This document shows, one piece after another, positions 1 through 8,307 of a stretch of 32,000 nucleotides of DNA. The notes beneath the pieces were generated by a model. It worked only from the letters and a program-made list of their open reading frames with translations. It was not told where the DNA came from and made no database searches. The stretch lies in contig JBMNOD010000006.1 in assembly GCA_050942875.1 (NCBI GenBank), forward strand, positions 28,609 through 60,608, written 5' to 3'. The translations under genes and the position numbers were made by a program. The stretch is from Kiritimatiellia bacterium (GTDB lineage: Bacteria > Verrucomicrobiota > Kiritimatiellia > RFP12 > UBA3636). The stretch's first letter is position 1, and the number at the start of each line of letters is the position of its first letter.

Positions 1-718
1 GGGCGTCGTCCTGTTCTTCCTTCGATGCGGAATCCAGCCCCCGTTGCAAATGCCCCATTGCGTACCACGCCCAGAGGGGGTTGCAAGGCCATGCCAACCG
101 GTTTTCGATTGGGACCAGCATCGATGAAACCCCCATTGAATCCAGCTCCGCCGCAATCGATTCGCAAATATCGACGTTCGCCTTGTCGGCAGGCGACCAG
201 TTGTCAAACGTCATGCAATTGCAGAGGAAGAACGCTTTTTTGCCCGACTGGAAAACCTCCTGGGCCAAACGCCGCGTCGGCTCGTCAAGCCCCTTCGCGC
301 CATGGACGATCAGAACGATGTCGGCCTCCGCCAAGGCGCGCTTCGCGGTCGCATCGTCTTCGGTGGTGGCATCAAACCCCGGCGTGTCGATCAAGCCGAC
401 CCGCTTCAGCATCGGCTTCCAGCAGGCAATCTCGATGCAGTCCTCGCCGGACACCTTAAACGAAGGGGCGAAGATGTCTTCCCGCCGCTCCAGAACCGTG
501 CCGGAAGCGTCGTCAAGGCCTCGGAACAACCGCGCTTCCTCCGCTTCGCCATAGACGAATCGCGTGCAGCAAACCGTCGTCCGGCACCCCTGGCCCATCC
601 GGGCGTAGTTGCCGTCCAGCAGACAGTTGACCAGCGTTGACTTTCCATTCTGGAAGGCGCCCGCCACCACGGCGACGGGCGTCTTTTGCGTTCCAGCCTT
701 GTTCGCCGTCCCGTGCAT
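1..718 (-). CDS. dynamin-family GTPase, N-terminal 239 codons only (gene continues past the left edge)
   Basis: Hand translation of the minus strand from ATG 718-716 gives MHGTANKAGTQKTPVAVVAGAFQNGKSTLVNCLLDG... (G1 P-loop GxxxxGKST) and ...MLKRVGLIDTPGFDATTEDD (G3 DxxG). The frame stays open to base 1, so it is absent from the ORF track. The ATG lies 2 nt after the stop (721-723) of the upstream ORF, which indicates the same operon. Confidence 0.75.
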   Translation of the reverse strand, partial: MHGTANKAGTQKTPVAVVAGAFQNGKSTLVNCLLDGNYARMGQGCRTTVCCTRFVYGEAEEARLFRGLDDASGTVLERREDIFAPSFKVSGEDCIEIACWKPMLKRVGLIDTPGFDATTEDDATAKRALAEADIVLIVHGAKGLDEPTRRLAQEVFQSGKKAFFLCNCMTFDNWSPADKANVDICESIAAELDSMGVSSMLVPIENRLAWPCNPLWAWYAMGHLQRGLDSASKEEQDDA

Positions 719-720
719 GG

Positions 721-3267
721 CTACAACTCGGCTCGCACCTTTCTCTCAAACGCCCTGATCTTCTTTCGAATGGGCTCAATCTTTTCGACACGGAGGCGAT
801 GATTGTTTTTTGCGATCGCAATTCTTTCTGATTCAGCCTTTTCAAAATCTTTCTTGGCGGGCTCATAACGGTCGAGTATAAACCGTCTTCCAAGAAAATT
901 CACGCCTTCTTGCATGTAGTCTATAATTTTATCCTGTGTTTTCATAAAATATTCAACATTCGGTTCGCTCAGTTTTTCTCTCGTTTCCACCGAATCAAAG
1001 AGTTTTTCAAATCCTTCTTTAACTTCAGGCACCAACTTCTCCGCCATGCGACCGATTCGTTCCTTCCCGCTTGTATCAAGTTCCTTATCGGTTGCTCCTT
1101 TTATTCGCTTTATTCCGTCATGGATTTTGTCAAACCAAACACCAAAAATCGTTGCGATCATTTTGAAATAGGGCATTTGATAGACTTCATTCAATTTTTT
1201 GCCAAAATCTTTGTTGTTCAAACAGGCGTCTTGAAATTCAGACAGGAAGGTCTGAATGGTCTCCGCTCCAGGAAGCGAAATTTCAAAATTCGTCAAAAAT
1301 TCAGAATGCTCATTGACAATGGCCTGCCATGATGAATCAATTTTTTTGCCGACGTCCTCGGTACGTCGTTTGAGGGTGTCAAGACTCTTCGGTTTCTGGG
1401 AGTCGTTCTTTGAAGGATGCTTCCAGGACTCCAAAACACGGATGATAGAAGTTCTAAACGCTTCCGACACCCCCGGAGAAGCAAAATCCATAATCTTCAC
1501 TTTCACAGGAGACTTTCTTAACGTCATCATAAAACGTCTTTGGACTTTCACAGTCGCCTCTGCAAATTCTTTAGACGCAGCTTCGAGAAATGCATCGTCG
1601 ACGGCTTCTTCGAAAAGATCGTTAGCCAGTCTTTCAGCAAGAAAGTCTTTGTCTTTTACCAATTCCGAGTCCGCGATATCGGCTTTTGCTCTTTCGACGA
1701 AATGTTGAATGGCAGTCTCAGCCGACTCTGCCGCCTTTTCCCATTCATTCGCATCGCGCGTTGCAGCATCTTCGACAACCTTCAGCGCAGATTCATACTC
1801 CTCCAGAGCCTTCGCCGCCTTCGCGCTGCCGTTGTCAACGAGGATGCTGCGGGCTTTCTTCTCGACGATTTCATTTCCCAGGGCCGTCATGATGTCGTCG
1901 ATGTCGCTCTCCTTTCGGACTGCGGCGACACTATCTTTCGTCAGCCCTGAAACATCCGACAGTGCGTCCAAATCTGTGGCCTGGCCCGCCTTGCGCACCA
2001 TCTCCGCCCACATCGCCGCCGGAGAATCCGGTTTGCCCTCCTTCCACCTCGAATCGACCTTCATGCACTTGCGATCAAAAGCGGTAAACTTTTCGGGGTG
2101 GTTGAGCAGCAAGTCGCCTTGCGCCGCCAGGAAGGACAACCGGGCGTTGTAGGGATGCAGCTTCATCGTGAAACCCCGGTTCTTCAAATCCGACTCGGTT
2201 GCCTCGAAAACCATTCCACGCTTGTCTTCGTGCGAGCCTTTCCAGTTGACGGACGCCGTCATTTTAGGCGCCATGCCCATCTTCTTGATTTCACCAAGGA
2301 TTTTGAGGTCCTTCTGCCCGACTTGTTTCTCGCCGCCGATCAAATACCAGACGCCATCCGAAACGAGAATGGCCCTTCTCGCCACGGCGGTGTCGTAGGC
2401 GTTGGCAAAGAGACCCGGGCAGTCCGTCACGCGGCAACCCAGACGGGCAAGCCCTTCGGAACGGATGCGAAGCAACGTTGAATGCACAAAGACAAAGGCG
2501 ACTTCCATGAAATCAAACTGCGCCTTCTCGCCGGCCATCCACCGCTTCATCCATTCCTTCGGGAATGTGATGAGCGTCTGAAAGTCGTTCACCCCCACGA
2601 CCGTTTTCCTTGTCGCCTTCTGGTACTGCGGCGTCCCGTAGAATCGCTCCTGAAGCGTCGCAATTCGGAGTTGGTCCAGCTCGTCGTCTTCAAGCGAACT
2701 TTTATCGGCACTCCAACTATCCCACCATTTATCCAAGACACGTCGAAGCGCCGCGCGATGGGCGCCATTGTCCAAGTCGAAAAAAGATGCAAAGGCATCG
2801 GCAGCCATCATGTTCTGCTCGAACGCCTCGTCGGAAAGATCGGAAAACAGCTTGCGAAACGGCTGGTCCTCAAGCAGTTCGTCCTTGACGATATCGAACA
2901 TCCCCTGCTGAATCTGGTATTTTGTCTTGAACGTGATTTCCGCCCATTCGGACAGGCCGTCGCGCGTCTCGTCCCCGGAAACGTTCTGGGCGGAGACAAT
3001 GGCGGCGCTCGTCTTGATGCCGCCGCCGCCCAAGCCGCGGGGGCTGAGATCGCGTCCATCGCAAAGCGCGTTGAACGTCGTCGACTTCCCGCCCTGAAAT
3101 TCACCCACAAGGACGATTTCAAACTGGTTCTCAAGGCACTTGGTGCGGATGGCCTTGAGCTCGTCGGCCAGGGATTCGGGGATCTTGAGCCTTGCAGTTT
3201 CTTTCAGAAGCGCAAGGAGCTCGTCGCGGCGATTTTCGTACCAGGTTGATTTGTCGGCGATTTTCAT
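721..3267 (-). CDS. dynamin-family GTPase, 848 aa, with a large insert inside the G domain and a low-GC C-terminal third
   Basis: ORF track. G1 is LVGEFQGGKSTTFNALC (aa 55-63) and G3 is VTDCPGLF (aa 282-285). The remainder is long and helical. A GAGGA lies about 10 nt upstream of ATG 3267. The gene is tightly linked to ORFs on both sides. Confidence 0.8.
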   Translation of the reverse strand: MKIADKSTWYENRRDELLALLKETARLKIPESLADELKAIRTKCLENQFEIVLVGEFQGGKSTTFNALCDGRDLSPRGLGGGGIKTSAAIVSAQNVSGDETRDGLSEWAEITFKTKYQIQQGMFDIVKDELLEDQPFRKLFSDLSDEAFEQNMMAADAFASFFDLDNGAHRAALRRVLDKWWDSWSADKSSLEDDELDQLRIATLQERFYGTPQYQKATRKTVVGVNDFQTLITFPKEWMKRWMAGEKAQFDFMEVAFVFVHSTLLRIRSEGLARLGCRVTDCPGLFANAYDTAVARRAILVSDGVWYLIGGEKQVGQKDLKILGEIKKMGMAPKMTASVNWKGSHEDKRGMVFEATESDLKNRGFTMKLHPYNARLSFLAAQGDLLLNHPEKFTAFDRKCMKVDSRWKEGKPDSPAAMWAEMVRKAGQATDLDALSDVSGLTKDSVAAVRKESDIDDIMTALGNEIVEKKARSILVDNGSAKAAKALEEYESALKVVEDAATRDANEWEKAAESAETAIQHFVERAKADIADSELVKDKDFLAERLANDLFEEAVDDAFLEAASKEFAEATVKVQRRFMMTLRKSPVKVKIMDFASPGVSEAFRTSIIRVLESWKHPSKNDSQKPKSLDTLKRRTEDVGKKIDSSWQAIVNEHSEFLTNFEISLPGAETIQTFLSEFQDACLNNKDFGKKLNEVYQMPYFKMIATIFGVWFDKIHDGIKRIKGATDKELDTSGKERIGRMAEKLVPEVKEGFEKLFDSVETREKLSEPNVEYFMKTQDKIIDYMQEGVNFLGRRFILDRYEPAKKDFEKAESERIAIAKNNHRLRVEKIEPIRKKIRAFERKVRAEL

Positions 3268-3302
3268 GAATTTGAATCCTCTTCAAGTTTGACTTTTCTG
3301 CT

Positions 3303-5627
3303 TCAAGCGACATGGGCGGCGGCGTTTTTCGCTTCAACAACAAGCGGAAGCGCCTGCCGGGCCAGACGGATGCCCGAGGTCGGCGCCTCGGTGAGATCCG
3401 CTTTGTAGTTGCGGGCGATGATGCGGAGCGCGGTGTCGGAGCTCTCCGAACGAACGAAGGCGTCCGTGGCGCTCTCGACGACCGCGGCAAAAATGCGGTT
3501 GGGGGAAAAGGACTGCGTTGTCGCCGCGTTTTTCTCAAGGGATTCCAGGAGATCCTTGAGGATCAAAGGATCGGGAACTACGCGCTCAAGCTGCCGCCTC
3601 CATTTTTCCAGCCCTCCCGTGGAGCCCGCCGCACGGCTCTTCATCGCGGCATGGTACTTGTTCGCGCTGTCGCGAAGCTGCTTGAGCAAGGCGTCGACAA
3701 ACGATTCCGCGTCCTTGTCGTCACCCGTTTTGTATTGAGGCAATTCGTTGGCGCGAATGACGTCCGACACGGCGACAAGCGTCGGTTCGAGGTGGAACCG
3801 GAAGCGGAGGTCGAACTCGCAAAGCCGCTCAAGCGGAGCCGCAAGCTGGGCGAGCACCTTGTCCTCGCCTCGCTTCTGGCCTGGCGTCCGGCGGATTTTC
3901 TCTGCGGTTTCCTTGAGTTGCGCGCGAACGGACGCGAGGTCGTTGGCGGCGTCGGGACGCGCCGGCACGAAGGCGCGCGTCGGCGCTTTCAAGCTCTCGA
4001 CGATGCCGTCCAGGATTTCCGCGATGCGTCCCTGGAGATGGTCGTCCGTCCGATCCCACTGCTCGCGGAAACGGACGCGAAGGGTGTTGATCACATCGGA
4101 TGGCTGGGCGCGCTTGCGCACCATTTCATCCCGGACCGCCTGACGCAACGCCTCGACGGAACCATAGCCGCAGCCCTCGTCAATCCACTTGAGAACCAGC
4201 TCGGCGGTTCGGCTGACTTCGGCATCCCATTCGGCATCCACCCCGGCTTTCTGGGCCGACACCTTCTGCGCGAATGCGTTCAACGACTTGGCGATGTCCC
4301 GGATCAAGCCTTCCGCGAACAGCTCGTCGCTCTGGTTGTCCTTCGCGACATCCTCGATCTTGCGTGAAACGTCGTCCAGGATTTTTTGAATGCCCTTCAA
4401 GCTTCGCCCGGCCTCCTTTTTGACCGCTTCATCTGCGGCGGCATCGATCTCCGAAAGGTTGTCCCCGAGGAACCTGAGGATTTCCGGCATCGTTTTCTCT
4501 CTCACGTTCTTGCGGTTGCTGGCGTCGCATCGGATGATCTTGAACCGCGACGCTTCGGATCGCTTCTCGTTGATGTTGCGATGGATCGAATCGATGCACC
4601 CCTCTGCACGTTCGGGATCCTGGTTGTCGACATTGGCAAGCACGAGCGTGAATTTCGATTGATCCTGCACCAGCGGGTTCGCCTCCCCCATGGCGACCAG
4701 GGCATTGTCGTCCGCGCCCGTCCACTCGATGTTGGTGTCCAAGGGACGTTTCATCAGAAGCGTCATGTCGCACTCGTCTTTCATGCCCTGCGCCTGCACA
4801 CGCGCCAAATCGCGGCCCGCTTCGCCAACGCCGGGAAGATCGACAACCCGAAGCTGCCTGACCTCGGCCGACGGGAACGGCACTCGGATGACGAGGTTCT
4901 TCACCGCGAGGAACGGCCCGGCCTTTGTCCTGCCGCCTTCAGGATAGGCGACGTACGGGCGCAATTCAGGAAGCGGGATTTTCCGCTGCCGCTCCCCGGT
5001 GAGCTCATCCCGATAGGTCGCATGCGCTTGTCGCGCATCCTCGAGTCGAGCGAGAACCGATTTCTGCTCGTCGTACTTCAAATTGTCGCTGGAAAACGTC
5101 ATCCCGACAAAATCGTCAAATGTGCGAGGAGCCGGGAACCGGACCGCATCGCACATCGGCGCAATGACTTCCGCCAGAAAACTGGCCTCGGTATGCATGT
5201 CGGCAATGGCGACGCCCTCCTGGTTCGTATTCTCAATCACGCTGCGGATCGCCGTGGTGAAATACTTGTCGGAAGTCGGAATCTGCGTTTCCCCGAGGCC
5301 GGTCACCGCCTGGAGGAAGGTGCTCTTGCCCATGCGGGCGGCGCCCCCGATGCCGATGCAGACCGTGTCGCGGCTGAACCGCTCCAGAAGAACCGCGTAT
5401 TTTCGCACCACCTCATCCGCTGAAACGACGGCATCCCGGATCTGATTCGAAAGCCCTTTCAGGGATTCGTTCCCCTCTGCGGAACCGGCGGCATGGACGG
5501 TGCCGACAGACCGATCCAAGGCGTCTCTGAGCGAAGCCCATTTGGCTTTCTCCGCCTCGATTGCGGGCAGCCGCGTTTTTCTCGCTTTGAGGATGGAATC
5601 GATTTTAGACTGGATGGATGATGTCAT
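3303..5627 (-). CDS. dynamin-family GTPase, 774 aa
   Basis: ORF track. G1 is GIGGAARMGKSTFLQAV (aa 93-102) and G3 is VVDLPGVG (aa 263-266, the DLPG form typical of dynamins). The C-terminal region is long and helical. There is a 35-nt gap to the next gene. Confidence 0.75.
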   Translation of the reverse strand: MTSSIQSKIDSILKARKTRLPAIEAEKAKWASLRDALDRSVGTVHAAGSAEGNESLKGLSNQIRDAVVSADEVVRKYAVLLERFSRDTVCIGIGGAARMGKSTFLQAVTGLGETQIPTSDKYFTTAIRSVIENTNQEGVAIADMHTEASFLAEVIAPMCDAVRFPAPRTFDDFVGMTFSSDNLKYDEQKSVLARLEDARQAHATYRDELTGERQRKIPLPELRPYVAYPEGGRTKAGPFLAVKNLVIRVPFPSAEVRQLRVVDLPGVGEAGRDLARVQAQGMKDECDMTLLMKRPLDTNIEWTGADDNALVAMGEANPLVQDQSKFTLVLANVDNQDPERAEGCIDSIHRNINEKRSEASRFKIIRCDASNRKNVREKTMPEILRFLGDNLSEIDAAADEAVKKEAGRSLKGIQKILDDVSRKIEDVAKDNQSDELFAEGLIRDIAKSLNAFAQKVSAQKAGVDAEWDAEVSRTAELVLKWIDEGCGYGSVEALRQAVRDEMVRKRAQPSDVINTLRVRFREQWDRTDDHLQGRIAEILDGIVESLKAPTRAFVPARPDAANDLASVRAQLKETAEKIRRTPGQKRGEDKVLAQLAAPLERLCEFDLRFRFHLEPTLVAVSDVIRANELPQYKTGDDKDAESFVDALLKQLRDSANKYHAAMKSRAAGSTGGLEKWRRQLERVVPDPLILKDLLESLEKNAATTQSFSPNRIFAAVVESATDAFVRSESSDTALRIIARNYKADLTEAPTSGIRLARQALPLVVEAKNAAAHVA

Positions 5628-5710
5628 GGCGTTTGTTTCCTGAGGATTCGAGTGAAAGGAAATTCAATCCGCCAGGCGGAAGCCTGGCGGCAAAAAAGAC
5701 GACCGTGCGA

Positions 5711-7429
5711 CTACAAGGCCGCGACCGCCTGTTCGAGTTCGGACTTCAGGGCGAGAAGCGCCTGTTTTTCCTCGGACGATGCTTCCGATCTCATGCCCGC
5801 CCGTATTGCCGCAATTTGTTCCTCGTACTGGGCGACCAGCCCTTGTTTCGCCTCGCCCTTGATCTTCTCGAAGTTTTCGTCAAGCTGCGACTGAATGCTC
5901 TCAGTCATTTGCCGCCGGGCTTCATCAAGCTGGGTTTTCACCTTCTTGACCAAGACGGCCTTCACAAGATTCTGGGACGTCAGTTTGTTTAAAAGCGGGA
6001 CGTTGCTGTGGAGGATTCTGCCGACCACGGCGAGGATCCAACCCATGGGAAGCAGCAGATTCATCACGGCGACGTTCACGACTTCACAGGCAAAAGCGGG
6101 GATTTTTCCGGCGACGCCCGGATCAATGCTCAGTCGCTCCCTGGCAAATTCGCTGAAGCCCATGCCAACAGAAGCCATGTCGCCTTGGTACTTGAAGACG
6201 ACCTGCTGCACGTCGTTGTTCACTTGCGCTTGCACGCCATAAAGCAGAAAGGTCATTTTCCTGTTCATCTTCTGCTCCAGCAACCCGACAAACTTCTGTA
6301 CGTCACCCAATTCCTTTCGGGCGCCGATTTCCTCCATGAGTTCATCAAAGACCTGAGCTATAGCGTCTTCAAATCTCTCAAGCGATTTCATTTTAACGGT
6401 GTCGAAATCGCCCTCGATCTGCCGGAACAAACGCTCGAAATTGTCACGAAGCTCCTTTTCCTTCCTGTCGAGCTCGACTGAAAGCGCCGCTTTCTCAGCG
6501 TCGGATTGCCCCAGCGTGCTGATCTTTGCGGAAATCTCCATCAGCAGGTTGCCGAGGAAGCGCTTCGTGCGAAGGGCCACTTTCTCGGTGCGCCCCTCCA
6601 AGGCGTTCTTCACCAGAAAATCGCGGATGACGAATCTGATTTCCGGAACCGTGTTGAGAATGTCGGGCACCGCCTCGTCGAAGCAAAACATTTCAACCGG
6701 GACGTCCTCCTTCCCGATGTTGGCCAACTGGGCCTTGACGGTCTCCATGATGTTCTTGCGGGTTTCTTCCGTGCGTTCGCTTTCGGGACGATAGGAAAGG
6801 AGCACCATCAGCCTGGAGATGCCGTCATTCACCAGATCCCGGCGGATCAGCGTCATCTCCACCTCGTCAAGCTGGGAACATCCGGCGACGACGATCGCCA
6901 AGTCCGCTTCGGGGATGACGCGATACGTTGTGTTGACGAGCAAGCTGGGATCCGGATCGTCGATCCCCGGCGTGTCCACAATCGTGTACCCCTTGAGATG
7001 CTCGTTGGGGGTCAGGACGCGAACCTTGGGCAGACGAGCCGCAAGGGCGGCACGCGACTCTCCGGTATTGGCGACCGTCACGTCGCGGATGTCGTCTTTC
7101 GTCGGATTGTCAATTGTGCGGTCAATGCCGACCTTCGTCTTTTCCCCGTCGGCCCATTTGTAGACAACCAGTTTGGAATCAAGGCCGTAGGCGACCTCGG
7201 TCGCCACGGCCGTCGTGCAGATCCCGTTCCCCTCCAGAAGCAGCGGCGCATCGCCGAGGAAGGCGCGGTTGACGAGCGTGGACTTGCCCACCTGGTACTT
7301 TCCCACGACGGCAACCCGAAACTCCGGGTTGTCCAGTGCCTCAATGTCCGCCCGCAACTTCTCCGGCAAAGCCACGGCGTTTTTGTTCAATACCGAAACC
7401 GCATTCTGGATCGCATTCCTTTTGCTCAT
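5711..7429 (-). CDS. bacterial dynamin-like protein (BDLP-type), 572 aa, with a hydrophobic paddle
   Basis: ORF track. G1 is VVGKYQVGKSTLVN (aa 43-51) and G3 is IVDTPGIDD (aa 152-155). A helical stalk follows. The hydrophobic hairpin IPAFACEVVNVAVMNLLLPMGWILAVVGRIL (aa 442-473, nt about 6011-6106) resembles a BDLP membrane paddle. This is the first gene of the operon. Confidence 0.85.
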   Translation of the reverse strand: MSKRNAIQNAVSVLNKNAVALPEKLRADIEALDNPEFRVAVVGKYQVGKSTLVNRAFLGDAPLLLEGNGICTTAVATEVAYGLDSKLVVYKWADGEKTKVGIDRTIDNPTKDDIRDVTVANTGESRAALAARLPKVRVLTPNEHLKGYTIVDTPGIDDPDPSLLVNTTYRVIPEADLAIVVAGCSQLDEVEMTLIRRDLVNDGISRLMVLLSYRPESERTEETRKNIMETVKAQLANIGKEDVPVEMFCFDEAVPDILNTVPEIRFVIRDFLVKNALEGRTEKVALRTKRFLGNLLMEISAKISTLGQSDAEKAALSVELDRKEKELRDNFERLFRQIEGDFDTVKMKSLERFEDAIAQVFDELMEEIGARKELGDVQKFVGLLEQKMNRKMTFLLYGVQAQVNNDVQQVVFKYQGDMASVGMGFSEFARERLSIDPGVAGKIPAFACEVVNVAVMNLLLPMGWILAVVGRILHSNVPLLNKLTSQNLVKAVLVKKVKTQLDEARRQMTESIQSQLDENFEKIKGEAKQGLVAQYEEQIAAIRAGMRSEASSEEKQALLALKSELEQAVAAL

Positions 7430-7566
7430 GTCGCCCTCTTTTTCTTGAGATTCGTGAGTACTCCTGGCTTTGTGGCGGAGTCAACCTAGACAAAGGCCAT
7501 GAATTGCCGCAATTGTACTATCATAGTGTGTAGATTGTCAACTGCCGTAAATGTTAATTTTTGGAC
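7430..7566. promoter_or_regulatory. divergent control region between the GTPase operon and the XRE gene
   Basis: This 137-nt intergenic region is visibly more AT-rich than its flanks. It contains the palindromes AATTG-CCG-CAATT (7502-7514) and ACTAT-C-ATAGT (7517-7527). I could not assign -35/-10 boxes confidently. Confidence 0.35.
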
Positions 7567-7806
7567 ATGGCAAAGTCCGCCTCCAAAAAAGTCCACCATC
7601 GGCACCTGCTCGGGCTCGCCCTCCGGCGGCGACGGCAGGAGTTGGGATGGTCGCAGGAACGTCTCGCGGAATTCGCCGACGTGCATCGCAATTTCGTCGG
7701 CCTTGTCGAGCGGGGCGAGCAGAATGTGTCCATCGACAGCCTCGTGCGGTTCGCCACCGCGCTGAGGACGTCGCTGGCGCACATCTTCGAAGACGCAGGG
7801 CTTTAA
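7567..7806 (+). CDS. XRE (Cro/CI-type) helix-turn-helix transcriptional regulator, 79 aa
   Basis: The sequence LGLALRRRRQELGWSQERLAEFADVHRNFVGLVERGEQNVSIDSLVRFATAL fits the classical HTH_3/XRE pattern. The ORF track starts at TTG 7561; the ATG at 7567 is more likely. Confidence 0.8.
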   Translation: MAKSASKKVHHRHLLGLALRRRRQELGWSQERLAEFADVHRNFVGLVERGEQNVSIDSLVRFATALRTSLAHIFEDAGL

Positions 7807-7901
7807 CCTCAACCGAGAAACGGACTTTTTCAAACCATTTCGTACCATTTTGCACCATCACTGTAGGCATCCGCGCCCGACGACGGCTGAAGCGAATCGT
7901 C

Positions 7902-8008
7902 GTTCGCCCATCGCGAGCCGTGTCGATCGTACACGTTCACGGTACAGTCATTTTTCGTGTACGGGTACGTGAACCGCTTCGCTGTGAACGTGAACGATGC
8001 GCCGGAAG
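7902..8008. repeat. repeat module A, copy 1
   Basis: The string gttcgcccatc...cgttcacggtacagtcatttttcgtgtacgggtacgtgaaccgcttcgctg...ccggaag recurs at 8816-8948. It also occurs as a partial inverted copy at about 29711-29800. Confidence 0.85.
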
Positions 8009-8051
8009 TGGACGCGGCGTCCCCGCCGCGTGTCGCCCCACCCTTTTCACT

Positions 8052-8079
8052 ATAATCTCGAAAAAAGTTTCGAGATTAT
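8052..8079. repeat. AT-rich perfect hairpin of the CCATAATCT family
   Basis: The sequence ataatctcgaaa-aaag-tttcgagattat forms a 12-bp stem. Related copies lie at 8191-8215, 8758-8784, 9030-9054 and 22529-22556. Confidence 0.85.
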
Positions 8080-8153
8080 GGAAATAAGTCCAATCCTGTT
8101 AATCTTGTAATCCTGTCAAAATTATTGAAGCCATGAGGTGGCGAACGGACACG

Positions 8154-8307
8154 CCGGGACGGCGTCGCCCCACCTTCCATCCATCCGCCATAATCTGGAA
8201 TTTTCTTCCAGATTAAAGCAAGTGGGGAGGAATATAACGGGGCACGGGTTTTCCAACCCGTGGACGACCACGGACAGGAATGTCCATGCCCCTGGTTTCG
8301 AGGCGCC
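8154..8307. repeat. repeat module B, copy 1 (about 150 bp, multi-hairpin)
   Basis: It is near-identical to 8993-9147. It contains the hairpin taatctggaa/ttccagatta and a nested core (8239-8295): GGGGCACGG[GTT-ttcc-AAC]CCGTG...[GGACA-ggaa-TGTCC]...GCCCC. Confidence 0.9.

Noticed and set aside
2482-7489. Plus-strand ORFs of 250-350 aa inside the GTPase genes (2482-3249, 3312-4367, 4386-5423, 6506-7489).
   Set aside because: They lie opposite well-supported minus-strand genes with P-loop and DxxG motifs. Their products look like compositional noise.
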